From NCBI GenBank assembly GCA_951406725.2, contig OX597832.1, positions 11,532,001-11,596,000 of the forward strand: 64,000 nt of DNA, written 5' to 3'. The DNA is from Octopus vulgaris. Its lineage: Eukaryota. A program made the position numbers and the translations under genes. The notes below the pieces were generated by a model. It made no database searches. It worked only from the letters and a program-made list of their open reading frames with translations, and was not told the DNA's origin. Of this stretch, positions 26,071-37,548 are shown piece by piece (positions within the stretch are counted from its first letter, which is position 1; each line of letters opens with the position of its first letter).

Positions 26071-26240
26071 TTACATACAGACAATATCAATAGGAGACAC
26101 TGCACGCATCCTACGCAAAACACTTCCAATATATTGAAAATAACAACACAAAAAAACAAACCGCAGCACATACCCAAGGCACACACAGCTGCGCTCGATA
26201 GTGTAGTAAAGGCTAGTGATGAAAATAAGACTACGGAATA
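26071..26240 (+). mobile_element. R4/Dong-like LINE extreme 3' end plus UTR
   Basis: IQTISIGDTARILRKTL*; UTR aaaccgcagcacatacc matches 58718-58735; (TAA)n tail. Confidence 0.8.
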
Positions 26241-26255
26241 ATAATAATAATAATA

Positions 26256-26696
26256 ATCTAGTGTGATTTTGTGATTCAGTGCAACAATGAGATAGAGAGT
26301 AGGAAGCCTTAATTGAGAAAGAAAGCAAACTATGCTGGACCATAGATATAGCATGCCCAGTTGACAACAGGGTATGCAATAAGGAAGAAAGAAAAGTCGA
26401 TAGATATGAGAGGTTAGCTTGGGCGGTTAAGCAGTTATAGTCGAGGTAAAAGGTGGTAGTAGTACCAATAATTGTCTGGGCCCTGGGAACAGTGAGCACA
26501 AATCTTGAGAAATACATGGAAGAATTAGGGGCTGCAATAAGGTTGGAGCATTTGCAGAAAAATAGCACTGCTTGAAACCGTTCGAAAACTCCGGAAGGTG
26601 CTCGAAAAATAAGGGATGTTACCTTAGTAGTGAACAGCTGAAACCGTAGTACATCTCCAGCATTAAAAGCTGTGCAAAGACAATCATAATAATAAT
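26256..26696 (+). mobile_element. R4/Dong-like LINE 3' fragment (RLE endonuclease)
   Basis: DFVIQCNNEIESRKP, LCWTIDIACPVDNRVCNKEERKVDRYERLA, VVVVPIIVWALGTV, LRKVLE with stops; (TAA)n on both sides. Confidence 0.88.
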
Positions 26697-27478
26697 TATA
26701 ACTGTTTGAAAGTTCGACACGAGGCCAGCAATTTCGAGAGAAGGGTAAATTCAGTGCAACGAAGCGTATGTGAAGAAACATATATATCTTATGTTTTAGA
26801 AGTTTTACTTCAATAATCCGATATTTTATTCGCATTTTCAACAACATTATTTGCTAACAGTGATCTTTATAGAAATTATCAGCTACTCAATTTTCTTTCC
26901 GTCTTCGATACGAGAAAAACTGTATAGCTCTCGATGCCAATAAATTATTTTATCTTCTCGTATTCTGAGTTCTTCTTGTCCTCTCTACTGGACGCTTACT
27001 GCTTAAAGGTTACAAACCTCCCGACACTCGGATCCTTGAGTTTTTCATTTTATCGTACTATAAATCACTATACTATAAATATATGCTTCTGCCGTCTCTG
27101 TTTATAGTATGCAGAATGCTCGACAGCGGCGTTTTCTTTTAAGCACACATGCGCACGTACTGGTTATCTTTCTACCTATCTGTCTGTCTGTCTATCGATT
27201 AATATATTTATCTCTCTATTCATCTGTCTATCTATCTATCTATATTTATATATATATATATATACATACGTAAAAATATATTTATGTATGTTATATATAT
27301 ATGCGTATATGTGTGTATGTTTATATGCTTATGTCGGTATCTGTATATGAATATGACCATATGCCTCTCAGCGCACGCGCGCCTGCACACACACGTATAT
27401 ATATACATATATATATATATATATGTATATATACACACACACATATATACACACAGGTATATATATATATATATATAT

Positions 27479-27556
<78 letters not shown>

Positions 27557-28401
27557 GCAGACGCGCGTGTGCACACCCCTACACACCCATATATGTGTGT
27601 TTGTGTGTATGTGTGAGTGTGTGTCTGTATCAGTGTGTATCACTTTACATCTGTTTCATTCTGTTTATATTGTGTTATATTCCATGTACTACTGTGCAAA
27701 ACCTGCAACATGATATGCAGTCCTCGAGGTGAAAAAGCCATATGATGTTTTGAGACGAACAAAAACACTAGTTACTGGTGGAGTTTTATGTTTTCATGAT
27801 ATTGGTAGGAGCAACAGAAATAGGCGAGATCAAATAGTCTCACAGTCTGCTACGAAGGACTACTGCAGCGTGAGTTGTAACTTTGCAACACACCGGACAG
27901 GTACATACATAAGATTTTTACTATAAATAAAAATAAATAAAGAAATATATATATATATATAAATAAATAAAGGTTCGGTACTGAGTGTTCATTCACCATG
28001 TCTAGATCCTTAAATATTTGCATCGAAAACATTTCACATCTGGTCTTTTAGAAACGAAGAGATTGTGGTCGTTTTGTTTTGTCTACCTTCTTCTATTTGG
28101 CTCATTTAAAACCTCAGTGAATGAAAATAAATAAAAGCTTGGAAATATTAAACAAAATGTCACGCAATGGTCTGATCGCACACAATATTGTGCGTTATGT
28201 ACGCATGAAAGCGTGTGTGTGTGTGTGTGTGTGTGCATAGCTAGATAGAATGATAGATAGATAGAGAGAGAGAGATATAGAGAGAGAAAAAGAGGAGAGA
28301 TTTGTAAATCAAAATACTCTCACAGACTCTCACGAAACCACAAAGACTTGCGCATACATATTTATATATCCATGTGTATGTTTCATATGATATATACGTG
28401 G

Positions 28402-28433
<32 letters not shown>

Positions 28434-28687
28434 TGTGTGTGAGTGTATGTATATTATGTGTTTATGTATATATATATATATATGTATATAATGTATTTAT
28501 ATATATATATATATTTGTATATTTATATGTATTTATATATTTATGTATATATATATATTTGTATATTTATATATATTTGTATATATATATATATATAACT
28601 ATATATATATATGCATATCTATTTTTGTATGTGTGTATATATATATATATGTGTGTATATCTATGTATGTGTGTATCTTTGTGTTTG

Positions 28688-28728
<41 letters not shown>

Positions 28729-29295
28729 CAAGTTATAAATACTCGTTTTTATATTTACGTACGTATGTGAATGTTTTTTTTGTGTGTGGGAAGCGTACGC
28801 GTGTTTGTGTATATATGCGCGCCCGCGCGGATCTCTATATGTAACATTTGCCCCATTGGTTTAGCATTAAATTGGATACCACGCTCAAGTTTCTGACTGC
28901 AGTCTTAAAAAATATATGTATGTATTTATACATATATGTTCCTGTGGGGAAACCCGGGCAGCTGCTGTTTACATTATATCAGATTACCCAAGTTCTGAAC
29001 TCCCTGAATCATGTGTTGGGAAGCTACTCTTCCATTTTTTATATCCATTAGAATAATCTTTCATATTCTTCTGTGCATTGTATTATTCTTATATTTTCTA
29101 AATTTGCTTTTTTTTTTCTAGTGAGCTTTCGACATATTGTATTAGCTTTAATCTTATCTTAATCCAGATTGTTAATTATATTATCTAGATTATGTAATTA
29201 AAAATCTTGAGCTTCATCTGAAGAAACGTAGACGTATGCTTGTGTTTTATAATACTGTAATACACAAGAGAAGCAATCTAGCTTACAATCTAGAG

Positions 29296-29940
29296 CTGTA
29301 ATTCTCAAAGAGTTTTTGTCTATGGACCCCTTTCGTTTCTAATTTACTCTCCTGGACCTCCATAGCCATTCGATGTATAAGAAGATCCTCTTGTATTTTC
29401 ATAATTAAATATCATAAGGAATAGTTTAATTTTTTTTAAAAGTGTTTTGTATATTGTATCAGATTTATTCTCTTTTTTTTTTTACTTGTTTCAGTCATTT
29501 TGACTGCAGCCATGCTGAAGCACCGCCTTAATCGAGCAACTCGACCCCAAGACTTATTCTTTGTAAGCCCAGAACTTATTCTATCGGTCTCTTTTGCCGA
29601 ACCGCTAAGTGACGGGGACATAAACACAACAGCATCGGTTGTCAAGCAATGCTAGGGAGACAAACACAGACACACAAACATACACGCACATACATATATA
29701 TACATATATACGACGGGCTTCTTTCAGTTTCCGTCTACCAAATCCACTCACAAGGCTTTGGTCGGCCCGAGGCTATTGTAGAAGACACTTGCCCAAGGTG
29801 CCACGCAGTGGGACTGAACCCGGAACCATGTGGTTAGTAAACAAGCTACTTACCACACAACCACTCCTGCAGAAGTGTTCAGAAATTGTACAGAAATTTC
29901 AACAACAAAAGCTGATATGAACCCCAGTTGAGAACTACTA
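29296..29940. mobile_element. hAT (Charlie-like) MITE interrupted by a SINE
   Basis: Decayed TIRs ctgtaattctcaa / ttgagaactacta; subterminal g(g/a)acccc motifs; 8-bp flanks atctagag / ctctaggg resemble the NTCTAGAN target. Confidence 0.65.
29466..29870 (-). mobile_element. Full-length SINE family B
   Basis: High similarity to the reverse complement of 20875-21263. Confidence 0.92.
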
Positions 29941-29959
29941 CTCTAGGGAGTCAGGAATG

Positions 29960-30092
29960 TTGACTTACCGTTATTCTTCCATCTCTTTACGTTCTGAATT
30001 CAAATCCCATGGAAGTGAGCATTGCCTTTAAGCCTCATGAGATCGATAAAATATTGTACCAGTCACATACTGGGGTCGAGGGTATTGAGTAT
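29960..30092 (+). mobile_element. SINE family C fragment
   Basis: tttacgttctgaattcaaatccc...gatcgataaa...gtaccag...tggggtcga. Confidence 0.7.
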
Positions 30093-30741
30093 GTGGATAT
30101 TTACCAAAAATGGAAATAATTGTTGGAATTCACTCATTATGTCATGTTTATTAAAAAAGACTTTAAAATAGAACATATTTGGAAATGATAAAATTCGTCT
30201 GGAACAATATTCTTTGAGAAATGATAAAATTCGCTGTGACGTTTATTATTGTCTGTGGTCACACTTGTTTCTTTTCAATTTGATTGGCAATCGGTAAATA
30301 AAAATTTAATTAAAAACGTTAAAAAGATAACATCAATGGAAAGCAAAAACCACAGCATTACACGCAGACGCACGTACACACTCACACACACACATACACA
30401 CGAACATACAAACGCATACACATACATACAAACACACACAAACACGTACACGCACACACGCACTGAAACGCTCGCATAAATAACAAAAAAAATCAGTATG
30501 ATAAGTGTGTATGTGTGTGTTTGCGTGTATGCTGGTGTGTGTATGTGCGTTGGGGTTGTTGACATGTTCCTGACTTTCGGTAATATCAAATGCTTTTATC
30601 TAAAATATTTGTCAGAATCACACATTTATTGCAGCAGTCCTTCAGTTTTTCTAAGCCCTATAAAAGAGCTCGGAACTTTTGGCAACCAGCCCGGTTTGGC
30701 ACAAAACCTTTGAAACCAAGAACTTTTCAGCACCCCATCAT

Positions 30742-31222
30742 ACGAAGTTTGCTGTAGAAGCGTTGGCATGTCTTAGAAAGTTAAAGAAGTGATTTTAAAT
30801 TCTCAAATGCATGATAATGCTAATAACCTGAACAGACTATATTATTTTGCAGAAAAAAAAGTGTTGGCGGTGGGCTATGAGAGTCGAACTTACACCTCCG
30901 TGATTACGCGTTGCAGTGATCTGAACCAATTAAGCTAAACAACCCTCATCAAAAATTCTTCCGTAAATTTAAGATATATAGAAATCTCGCTTTATGAGAC
31001 GCTATCATACGTTAAATTCAAATTACGATGAAAGTAAAGAAACAAACGAAGTTTGCTTTAGAAGCGTTGGGATGACTTAGAAAGTTAAAGAAGTGATTTT
31101 AAATTCTCAAACACAGGATAATGTTAATAACATAGCCTGAACAGGATAGGCTACCCCTATTTTGCAGAAAAAAAGAGATTGGTGGCGGGCTATAAGACTC
31201 GAACTCACTCCTCCGTGATTAC
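30742..31222. repeat. 304-bp tandem unit, about 1.6 copies
   Basis: acgaagtttgct.tagaagcgttgg starts at 30742 and 31046; second copy ends at cctccgtgattac 31222. Confidence 0.9.
30869..30944 (-). pseudogene. tRNA-like sequence (possibly Thr-related) within the tandem unit
   Basis: GGTTGTTTAGCTTAATTGGTTCAGATCAC...GTAAGTTCGACTCTCATAGCCCACC with A and B boxes, T8 run just downstream, TATA-like motif about 30 nt upstream; stems imperfect. Confidence 0.55.
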
Positions 31223-31337
31223 TTTTCTCTGACACTTTATACTTTTAATTTTACGCATGTACATTGTGTGTTTATGATTTGCGGATTACAGAATATAGTA
31301 GGTACAGTTAGGCACCGCCTTTGAGAGAGACAGCACC

Positions 31338-31760
31338 ATGACGCAATTCACTCTACCAGAAATTTGGAAAGGGCATGCTGTACAGCTTGGCATTCGTGCC
31401 GGAAGCTCCAATATGAACAGATGGTGAACACACAGAGTAACCGTTTGCTTGCTGTGTCTCGAAAACATATACTGAGAGCGATAAAGTCAAAACTCCAGTC
31501 AACATCATGGTGTTTGAAGTGATCACTTGCCTACGTCAATTGCCTGGTGGATGTAGAGGTGCCCTGGGTCAAGCAGGTGGCTACTGGAAGATCCTATATC
31601 AGCAACAGGACCCTCCACCATGCCACAAAATCAGGAGAAGCCAATCAAAGCTGTCAGAAAATTTCTGCGACCACATCACCCCTAATATCGGGCCACCTCC
31701 CTACCCAGACTGCAATCCATTTGATTATTGATGTATGGGGCGCAATTGAGCGAGAGACCA
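31338..31760 (+). mobile_element. Tc1/mariner-superfamily transposase relic
   Basis: IMVFEVIT, PWVKQVATGRSYI, QQDPPPCH (QQDxAPxH), PPPYPDCNPFDY (WPPxSPDLNPxDY), VWGAIERET; deletions and frameshifts. Confidence 0.85.
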
Positions 31761-31859
31761 CTCGAAGAGGCATAACTCGAAGAGCGAGAGACTCTTAGAG
31801 ACTCGAAGAGGCCTAACTAGCAAACAGGTAGCGCTTGAAGAGGGTACATTTAGAAAACA

Positions 31860-32090
31860 CGTCTTTACGGCTGTTTAATGCGACAGGTTTCTTATAGTCC
31901 TTAAGAATGTTGGCTCTCTTCACGATGTAGGTCTTGCCACGGCCACTTTCATTAATGTACGGCCACTTCAATTAATTTCCACCTGATATCACACGGGTCC
32001 CTTGATCTTTGAGGTGCCATACATGGTAGGCCACGGATGTGACAAACCGTCTTTCTGGGATTCTGAAGAAAACGTCGCTTGAATGAAATA
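31860..32090 (-). mobile_element. Possible RTE-clade LINE 3' relic
   Basis: ERRFVTSVAYHVWH and LKWPYINESGRGKTYI loosely fit RRLxFAGHxxR...LLWxP...GRPxxTYI. Confidence 0.3.
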
Positions 32091-32313
32091 CTCACAGAAC
32101 CAATATATTTACCCATAATTTATGTGTGTGTGTATATATATATATGCATGTATATAATGTATGTATTTATATACACACGTGTATATATATATACACACAC
32201 CTATATATATATATATATATATATGTGTGTATGTATATAATGTATGTATTTATATACACACGTGTATATATATATATATACACACACCTACATATATATA
32301 TGTGTGTGTATAT

Positions 32314-32360
<47 letters not shown>

Positions 32361-32637
32361 GAGTTGGGTTATATTCTGTTATGAACATAGTAGGTTACTA
32401 TACATAGCTCGCCTTCCTTCAGATTCACCCTGTGCTATCCAACAGTATCATACCTACTTCCAGATTTGCATTAGGGCTTCTGGAGTGTGTGAACGTAATT
32501 GAATAAGCTGGAGTCAGCAAGGAGTACAAAGGAATATTTATTTATAATTACTACAATTGTTTCAGGCAACGAAACTCTCCAGGTTTTCACATGCAGGGAC
32601 GATAACCATAATTCTTTTATTCTTTTATTTCTTTCAA

Positions 32638-32855
32638 GGCGGCGAGCTGGCAGAGGTGTTAGCACGCTGGGCGAAATGCTTAGCGGCATAGCGTCTGTCT
32701 TTACGTTCTGAGTTCAAATTCTGTCGGGGTGACTTTGCATTTCGTTTTTTCGGGGTAGATAAATTAAGTACAAGTTGCGTAATGGGGGCAATGTCCTCGG
32801 TTGGCGCGCCCTCCCCCAAAATTTCATGCTTTGTTCCTAGAGTGGAAAAGATTCA
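32638..32855 (+). mobile_element. SINE family C, full length
   Basis: ggcggcgagctggcagaggtgttagcacgctgggcgaaatgcttagcgg head; B box; core. Confidence 0.88.
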
Positions 32856-32973
32856 TTTATTGGTTTCAATCATTTAAGGAGCAGCAGCTTAAGAGCTTTT
32901 TGTCGAACCGCTAAGTTACGGGAACAAACAAGCGATGTTAGGGGACAAACACATGCACAGAAATATACACATA

Positions 32974-33028
<55 letters not shown>

Positions 33029-33190
33029 TTATATGACGGGCTTCTTTCGGTTTCCGTCTACCATATCCACCCACAAGGCTTTGATGGGGCCGAGGCTATA
33101 GTTGAAGAAACTAGCGCAATGTGTCACGCAGTGGGACTGAATCCCAAACCATGTGATTAGCAAGCCAGCTTCGAACTACACAGCCACACC
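32856..33190 (-). mobile_element. SINE family B, internally deleted
   Basis: gacgggcttctttcggtttccgtctacca; gtgtcacgcagtgggactgaa. Confidence 0.82.
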
Positions 33191-33236
33191 AAACGTGTAT
33201 ATACATATATATGTATTTAAACATACAAGTGAATAG

Positions 33237-33276
<40 letters not shown>

Positions 33277-34204
33277 CACACGCACACACACACGCACACG
33301 CACACACGCACACACGCACACACACACACACACATCCCTGGTAGCAGCTGTTTATTTTGTATCAAATTCTCAAATTACAGGATAAAAATTTTGAACTCCT
33401 TTAATACATTAGAAGCCGCTCCTTCACTTCTTATATCAGTCAGCCTACTTATAGATGGTTTTACATTTATATCCCGTTATCTACCGTACGCAACCCGCCT
33501 AATTTACTGGTATGAATCATATCTTCAACCGTATTGTTTTACGTCATCATTTAAATCTTGTATAAATAATAATTAGCTTCACTCGAAGGAACATATGTGC
33601 TTCTTGTGAGTGGAATATTCTTTCCTACTAGAACTTGTAAATCTTGTTAAAGTTCGAGGAGATATTCGCTAAGTACTGCCCTTATGATTTCGATGGTGTC
33701 TGTAAGACATACGAGGAAGCTCATCCATTCTGTCGCTCAATCACTTTAAATCTTTTACACAATCTCACCCACTCATTTGCACTTTGATACAAGCACGCAA
33801 ACAATTCAGCGCGCGCTTTTTACAATAACTTTGCGCGAACTCTCTCAATGTTGGAGATATTTTAGAGAAATACTTTGTGGAAGTCAGTGGACACAAGTGT
33901 TTCAGTATGTGAAAAGGACTGATTTGCATATACCTACTTATGAACCAACCTACGTACGTAAGTACGTACGTACCTACCTGCCTATCTACCTACCTACCTG
34001 CCTGCCTACATACTTACATACATACGTACATATAAATATCGGTATATACTTGAAGGATGAATTAATACTTATGGCAAAGTACAAATTTAATGTTTTTTAA
34101 CAAGTATTGAAAATGACGTCGAAGGTTCGGCCAGCTAACCCACTATTAAACTGTCCAACGATAGCTTAGCTGCGCGTAACTTGTAAGTCACTATCTATAC
34201 AACC

Positions 34205-34353
34205 CTGTGTGGTAAGATGCTAGCTTCCCAGCGATATGGTTCCGGGTTCGATCCTCCTGCGTGGTACCTTGGTCAAGTTACTTCCATTACATTCTCGGGC
34301 TGATCTGTGTGAATTTGGTAGACGGAAACTGAAAGAAGCCTGTCGCATATGTG

Positions 34354-34400
<47 letters not shown>
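34205..34400 (+). mobile_element. SINE family B 5' half
   Basis: ctgtgtggtaag...ggttcgatcc...ccttggtcaag...gacggaaactgaaagaagcc. Confidence 0.82.
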
Positions 34401-34401
<1 letters not shown>

Positions 34402-34670
34402 GAGACGCAATGACCCAGTGGTTAGGGCAGCAGACTCGCGGTCACAGGATCGCGGTTTCGATTCCCAGAACGGGCGTTGTGAGTGTTTATTGAGCGAAAA
34501 ACACCTAAAGCTCCAGGAGGCTCAGGCAGGGGCTGATGGTGATCCCTGCTGTACACTTTCGCCACAACTTTATCTCACTCTTTCTTCTGTTTTGAGGGAT
34601 TAAACAACGCGAAGCGCATTGGGACCAGCGATGTGTAGCAACATCTGATAGCTTGGTCGATCACGGTGAT
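34401..34670 (+). mobile_element. SINE family A, tail type 3
   Basis: GGAGACGCAATGACCCAGTGGTTAGGGCAGC head; body shared with the 3622-4005 copy up to ctcactctt, then a different tail ending cacggtgat-(AT)n. Confidence 0.88.
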
Positions 34671-34692
34671 ATATATATATATATATATATAT

Positions 34693-34997
34693 CACCGCGA
34701 TCGTAAAGTCAATACCACCATGACTGATATCCAATCTACAGTGGAGAAGGCTAGCCACTGGATTTTGTTAAAAAGAGACGATGAGCGATGGCTAGAAGCA
34801 TGTTGAGTTCTTCATAATCAGCTGATCTAGCAAGCGGGGCCTCATATCAGTGAGGAGGGCCGGTGCGCATTGATGCCGTCGAGAGGTAGGCCCCGAAACG
34901 GCGCGCATTCTCTCCTGATGACCCATACACTTGCTAGCTTCCGGTATACGGAGCTTTTAACTGGTAGCACTTGCATGTGCAAGTTGTTTGCAAGACA

Positions 34998-34998
<1 letters not shown>
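34693..34998 (+). mobile_element. 5'-truncated HERO/NeSL-like RLE retrotransposon C-terminus and 3' UTR
   Basis: RKVNTTMTDIQSTVEKASHWILLKRDDERWLEAC* (stop 34804-34806) fits the AExASxW(I/L)WLKRxDxxW terminus; GC-rich structured UTR. Confidence 0.7.
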
Positions 34999-35029
<31 letters not shown>

Positions 35030-35444
35030 CATACATATATATAAGAAGGGAAGACAAAAATCATCCGCACTTTCATCACAACATATATTGATTATTGTCA
35101 AACTGCCCTATGCGACACTGATAAGCCAAAAATTTTCGTCTTACATCCCCTTTTTTCATTTCAGTTGTCTTTGTTGAACTACATAATTCTGTAATTCATG
35201 CAGTATTTCCATAATCGGGAAATTTAAAGACTAACAACAGAAATCTACGTGGTGCTGCAATCTATAATGGTTGCAGACAATTCTGAATTTTATATTCTTT
35301 ATTGTTATAAATGTTTTCTTGGCGTTTGGTATAGCGACCAAGTGTTCCTCTACGAACTTCTACGGCCGCATCATACATACATAGATACATACACACAGAC
35401 ACATATATACATGCACACACACACACGAATATACCGTCCCTCAA

Positions 35445-35640
35445 AATTTACGACTGTGCTAAGAATGTCAGAATTCCGATATTCTTCACCCTTCACCCTC
35501 TTAAGCAGCTATTTGAGCCTTTTGAGAATTCCATTAATAACCACAGGAATAATTGCCTTTTTAGACTTCCACAATCTCTTCATTTCTCTGACTAGGTCCT
35601 GAGATTTTCATCCTTTGAATTCTCCTCAGGCGCCTTGAGC
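35445..35640 (-). mobile_element. R4/Dong-like RLE fragment
   Basis: QDLVREMKRLWKSKKAIIPVVING on the minus strand; near an (ATT)n tract. Confidence 0.7.
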
Positions 35641-35704
35641 AATTACCAAACTACAATCGTAAATTCTGTAATCTTCGCTTGAATTTGAGCGGCAGCTGCA
35701 GCAA

Positions 35705-35756
<52 letters not shown>

Positions 35757-35965
35757 GTTGTTGTTGTTAATATTATTATTGTTATTGTTGTTGTTGTTAA
35801 TATTATTATTGTTATTGTTGTTGTTGTTATAATTATTATTATAATTATTATTATAATTATTATTATTGTTATTATTATTATTATTAATGTTGTTATTATT
35901 ATTATTATTAATGTTATTATTATTATTATTATTAATGTTATTATTATTAGTAGTAGTAGTCTTAT
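35705..35965. repeat. (ATT)n/(GTT)n trinucleotide tract
   Basis: Direct inspection. Confidence 0.95.
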
Positions 35966-36132
35966 TACATAATATAGATTTATATTGTATTAGTATTACA
36001 AAGTACAGACTTAAATGCTCTCAGAACCTATGTCATATTGACTGGCTTTCTAGGGGTAGTTCTTGATTATAATGAATTATATTGTGTTCTAATTTAATCA
36101 TTACATGTTGTACTTTTATACACATCACGTAA

Positions 36133-36183
<51 letters not shown>

Positions 36184-36836
36184 CTAGAGTTTGAATAGAA
36201 TAAGTAAATTTGATTATGGAAGATGTGCGGACATACTTGGTCTTGTAATGAATTCAAATGAAGGAAAATTAAAAACCTAAACAGAGAAAGGTGATATAGA
36301 CTGTTTTATATTCTAATACGACTGTCATGAAACTTATGTCATATAAATAAATGAGCATCAGAAATAATTTAATTTTAACCTTGTCGTAGGTTGAAAAACA
36401 TTGAGAATTTATTCATTACTTGTTATAAATGGCGCAATGGATTTAACATTAAAACTAAGAGATATTTCGATTAAATATTTAATTATAATTCTTAAATAGA
36501 ATGTTCTTCATCAGTAGCTAATAAAAAGAATTAGAAAGAACGTAGAGATATTACAAAACGAAAGTATTTAAATATAAGAAGAAAACAAAAAAACCATGAA
36601 TATAAAGGAAAAAAAAACAGATGTTATGTACAAATATTTATTTTGCTACTCATTAATCAAATCTCACGTACGTTTATAAAATGTAAATGACAAGAAAAGC
36701 CAAGTAGAAAAATGACACAAGTGATTATCTTGATAACAGCAAGGGAAATTACGAGAGCAAACAAACAGACCTGACAGCAAATAATTACAATTACATTATA
36801 GAACTCAACACTAGATATACATACAAATACGTATGG

Positions 36837-36872
<36 letters not shown>

Positions 36873-37377
36873 GCAAATGTGCATGCATTTATATACATAT
36901 ATATGCTTGCATATGTATGTATATCTCTATCTGTGTATGTGTGTGTATATATATACATAAATATATATATATATATACATATGTATATATACATACATAC
37001 ATGTATATGTGTATATATATGTATGTCTTTATATATATATATATATATATATATACATACATACATACATATATATGTATATGTGTATATATATGTATGT
37101 CTTTATATATATATACATATATACATACATATATATATATATATCTTTGCTACTTGTAAATTTTCGAAAGACGTTCGGTAGTTTTTAATGCAAATCTTAA
37201 AAGTCATAATCTGTGATAATTAAATGGATAACAGTAGAAGAAAAGCGGTGAATATATAAACAAAGATGTCGTTATTGTGATTACGGAGATAACCTAGTGT
37301 TAATGAACTTCCGCGAGAATATATACAATGAAGAGGAAGACGAGGAAAACGAGAAGAAGGAGGAGATAACTATGATA

Positions 37378-37548
37378 TTGATTGATAGATAGATAGATAG
37401 ATAGATAAATAGCTAGCTAACTAGATAGATAGAAAAATAGCTAGATAGATACATAGATAGATAAATAGATAGGTAGATAGATAGATAGGTAGATAGATAA
37501 ATAGATAGATAGGTAAATAGATGCATAGATAGATAGATAGATAGATAG
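37378..37548. repeat. (GATA)n tetranucleotide tract
   Basis: Direct inspection; a similar GATA/GACA tract lies at 39200-39510. Confidence 0.92.

Noticed and set aside
26071-26847. 258-aa minus-strand ORF
   Set aside because: Antisense read-through of two Dong-like LINE fragments
27695-27890. Weak inverted similarity (gcaaa...tgcagtcct versus aggac...tttgc)
   Set aside because: Too degenerate to distinguish from chance by eye
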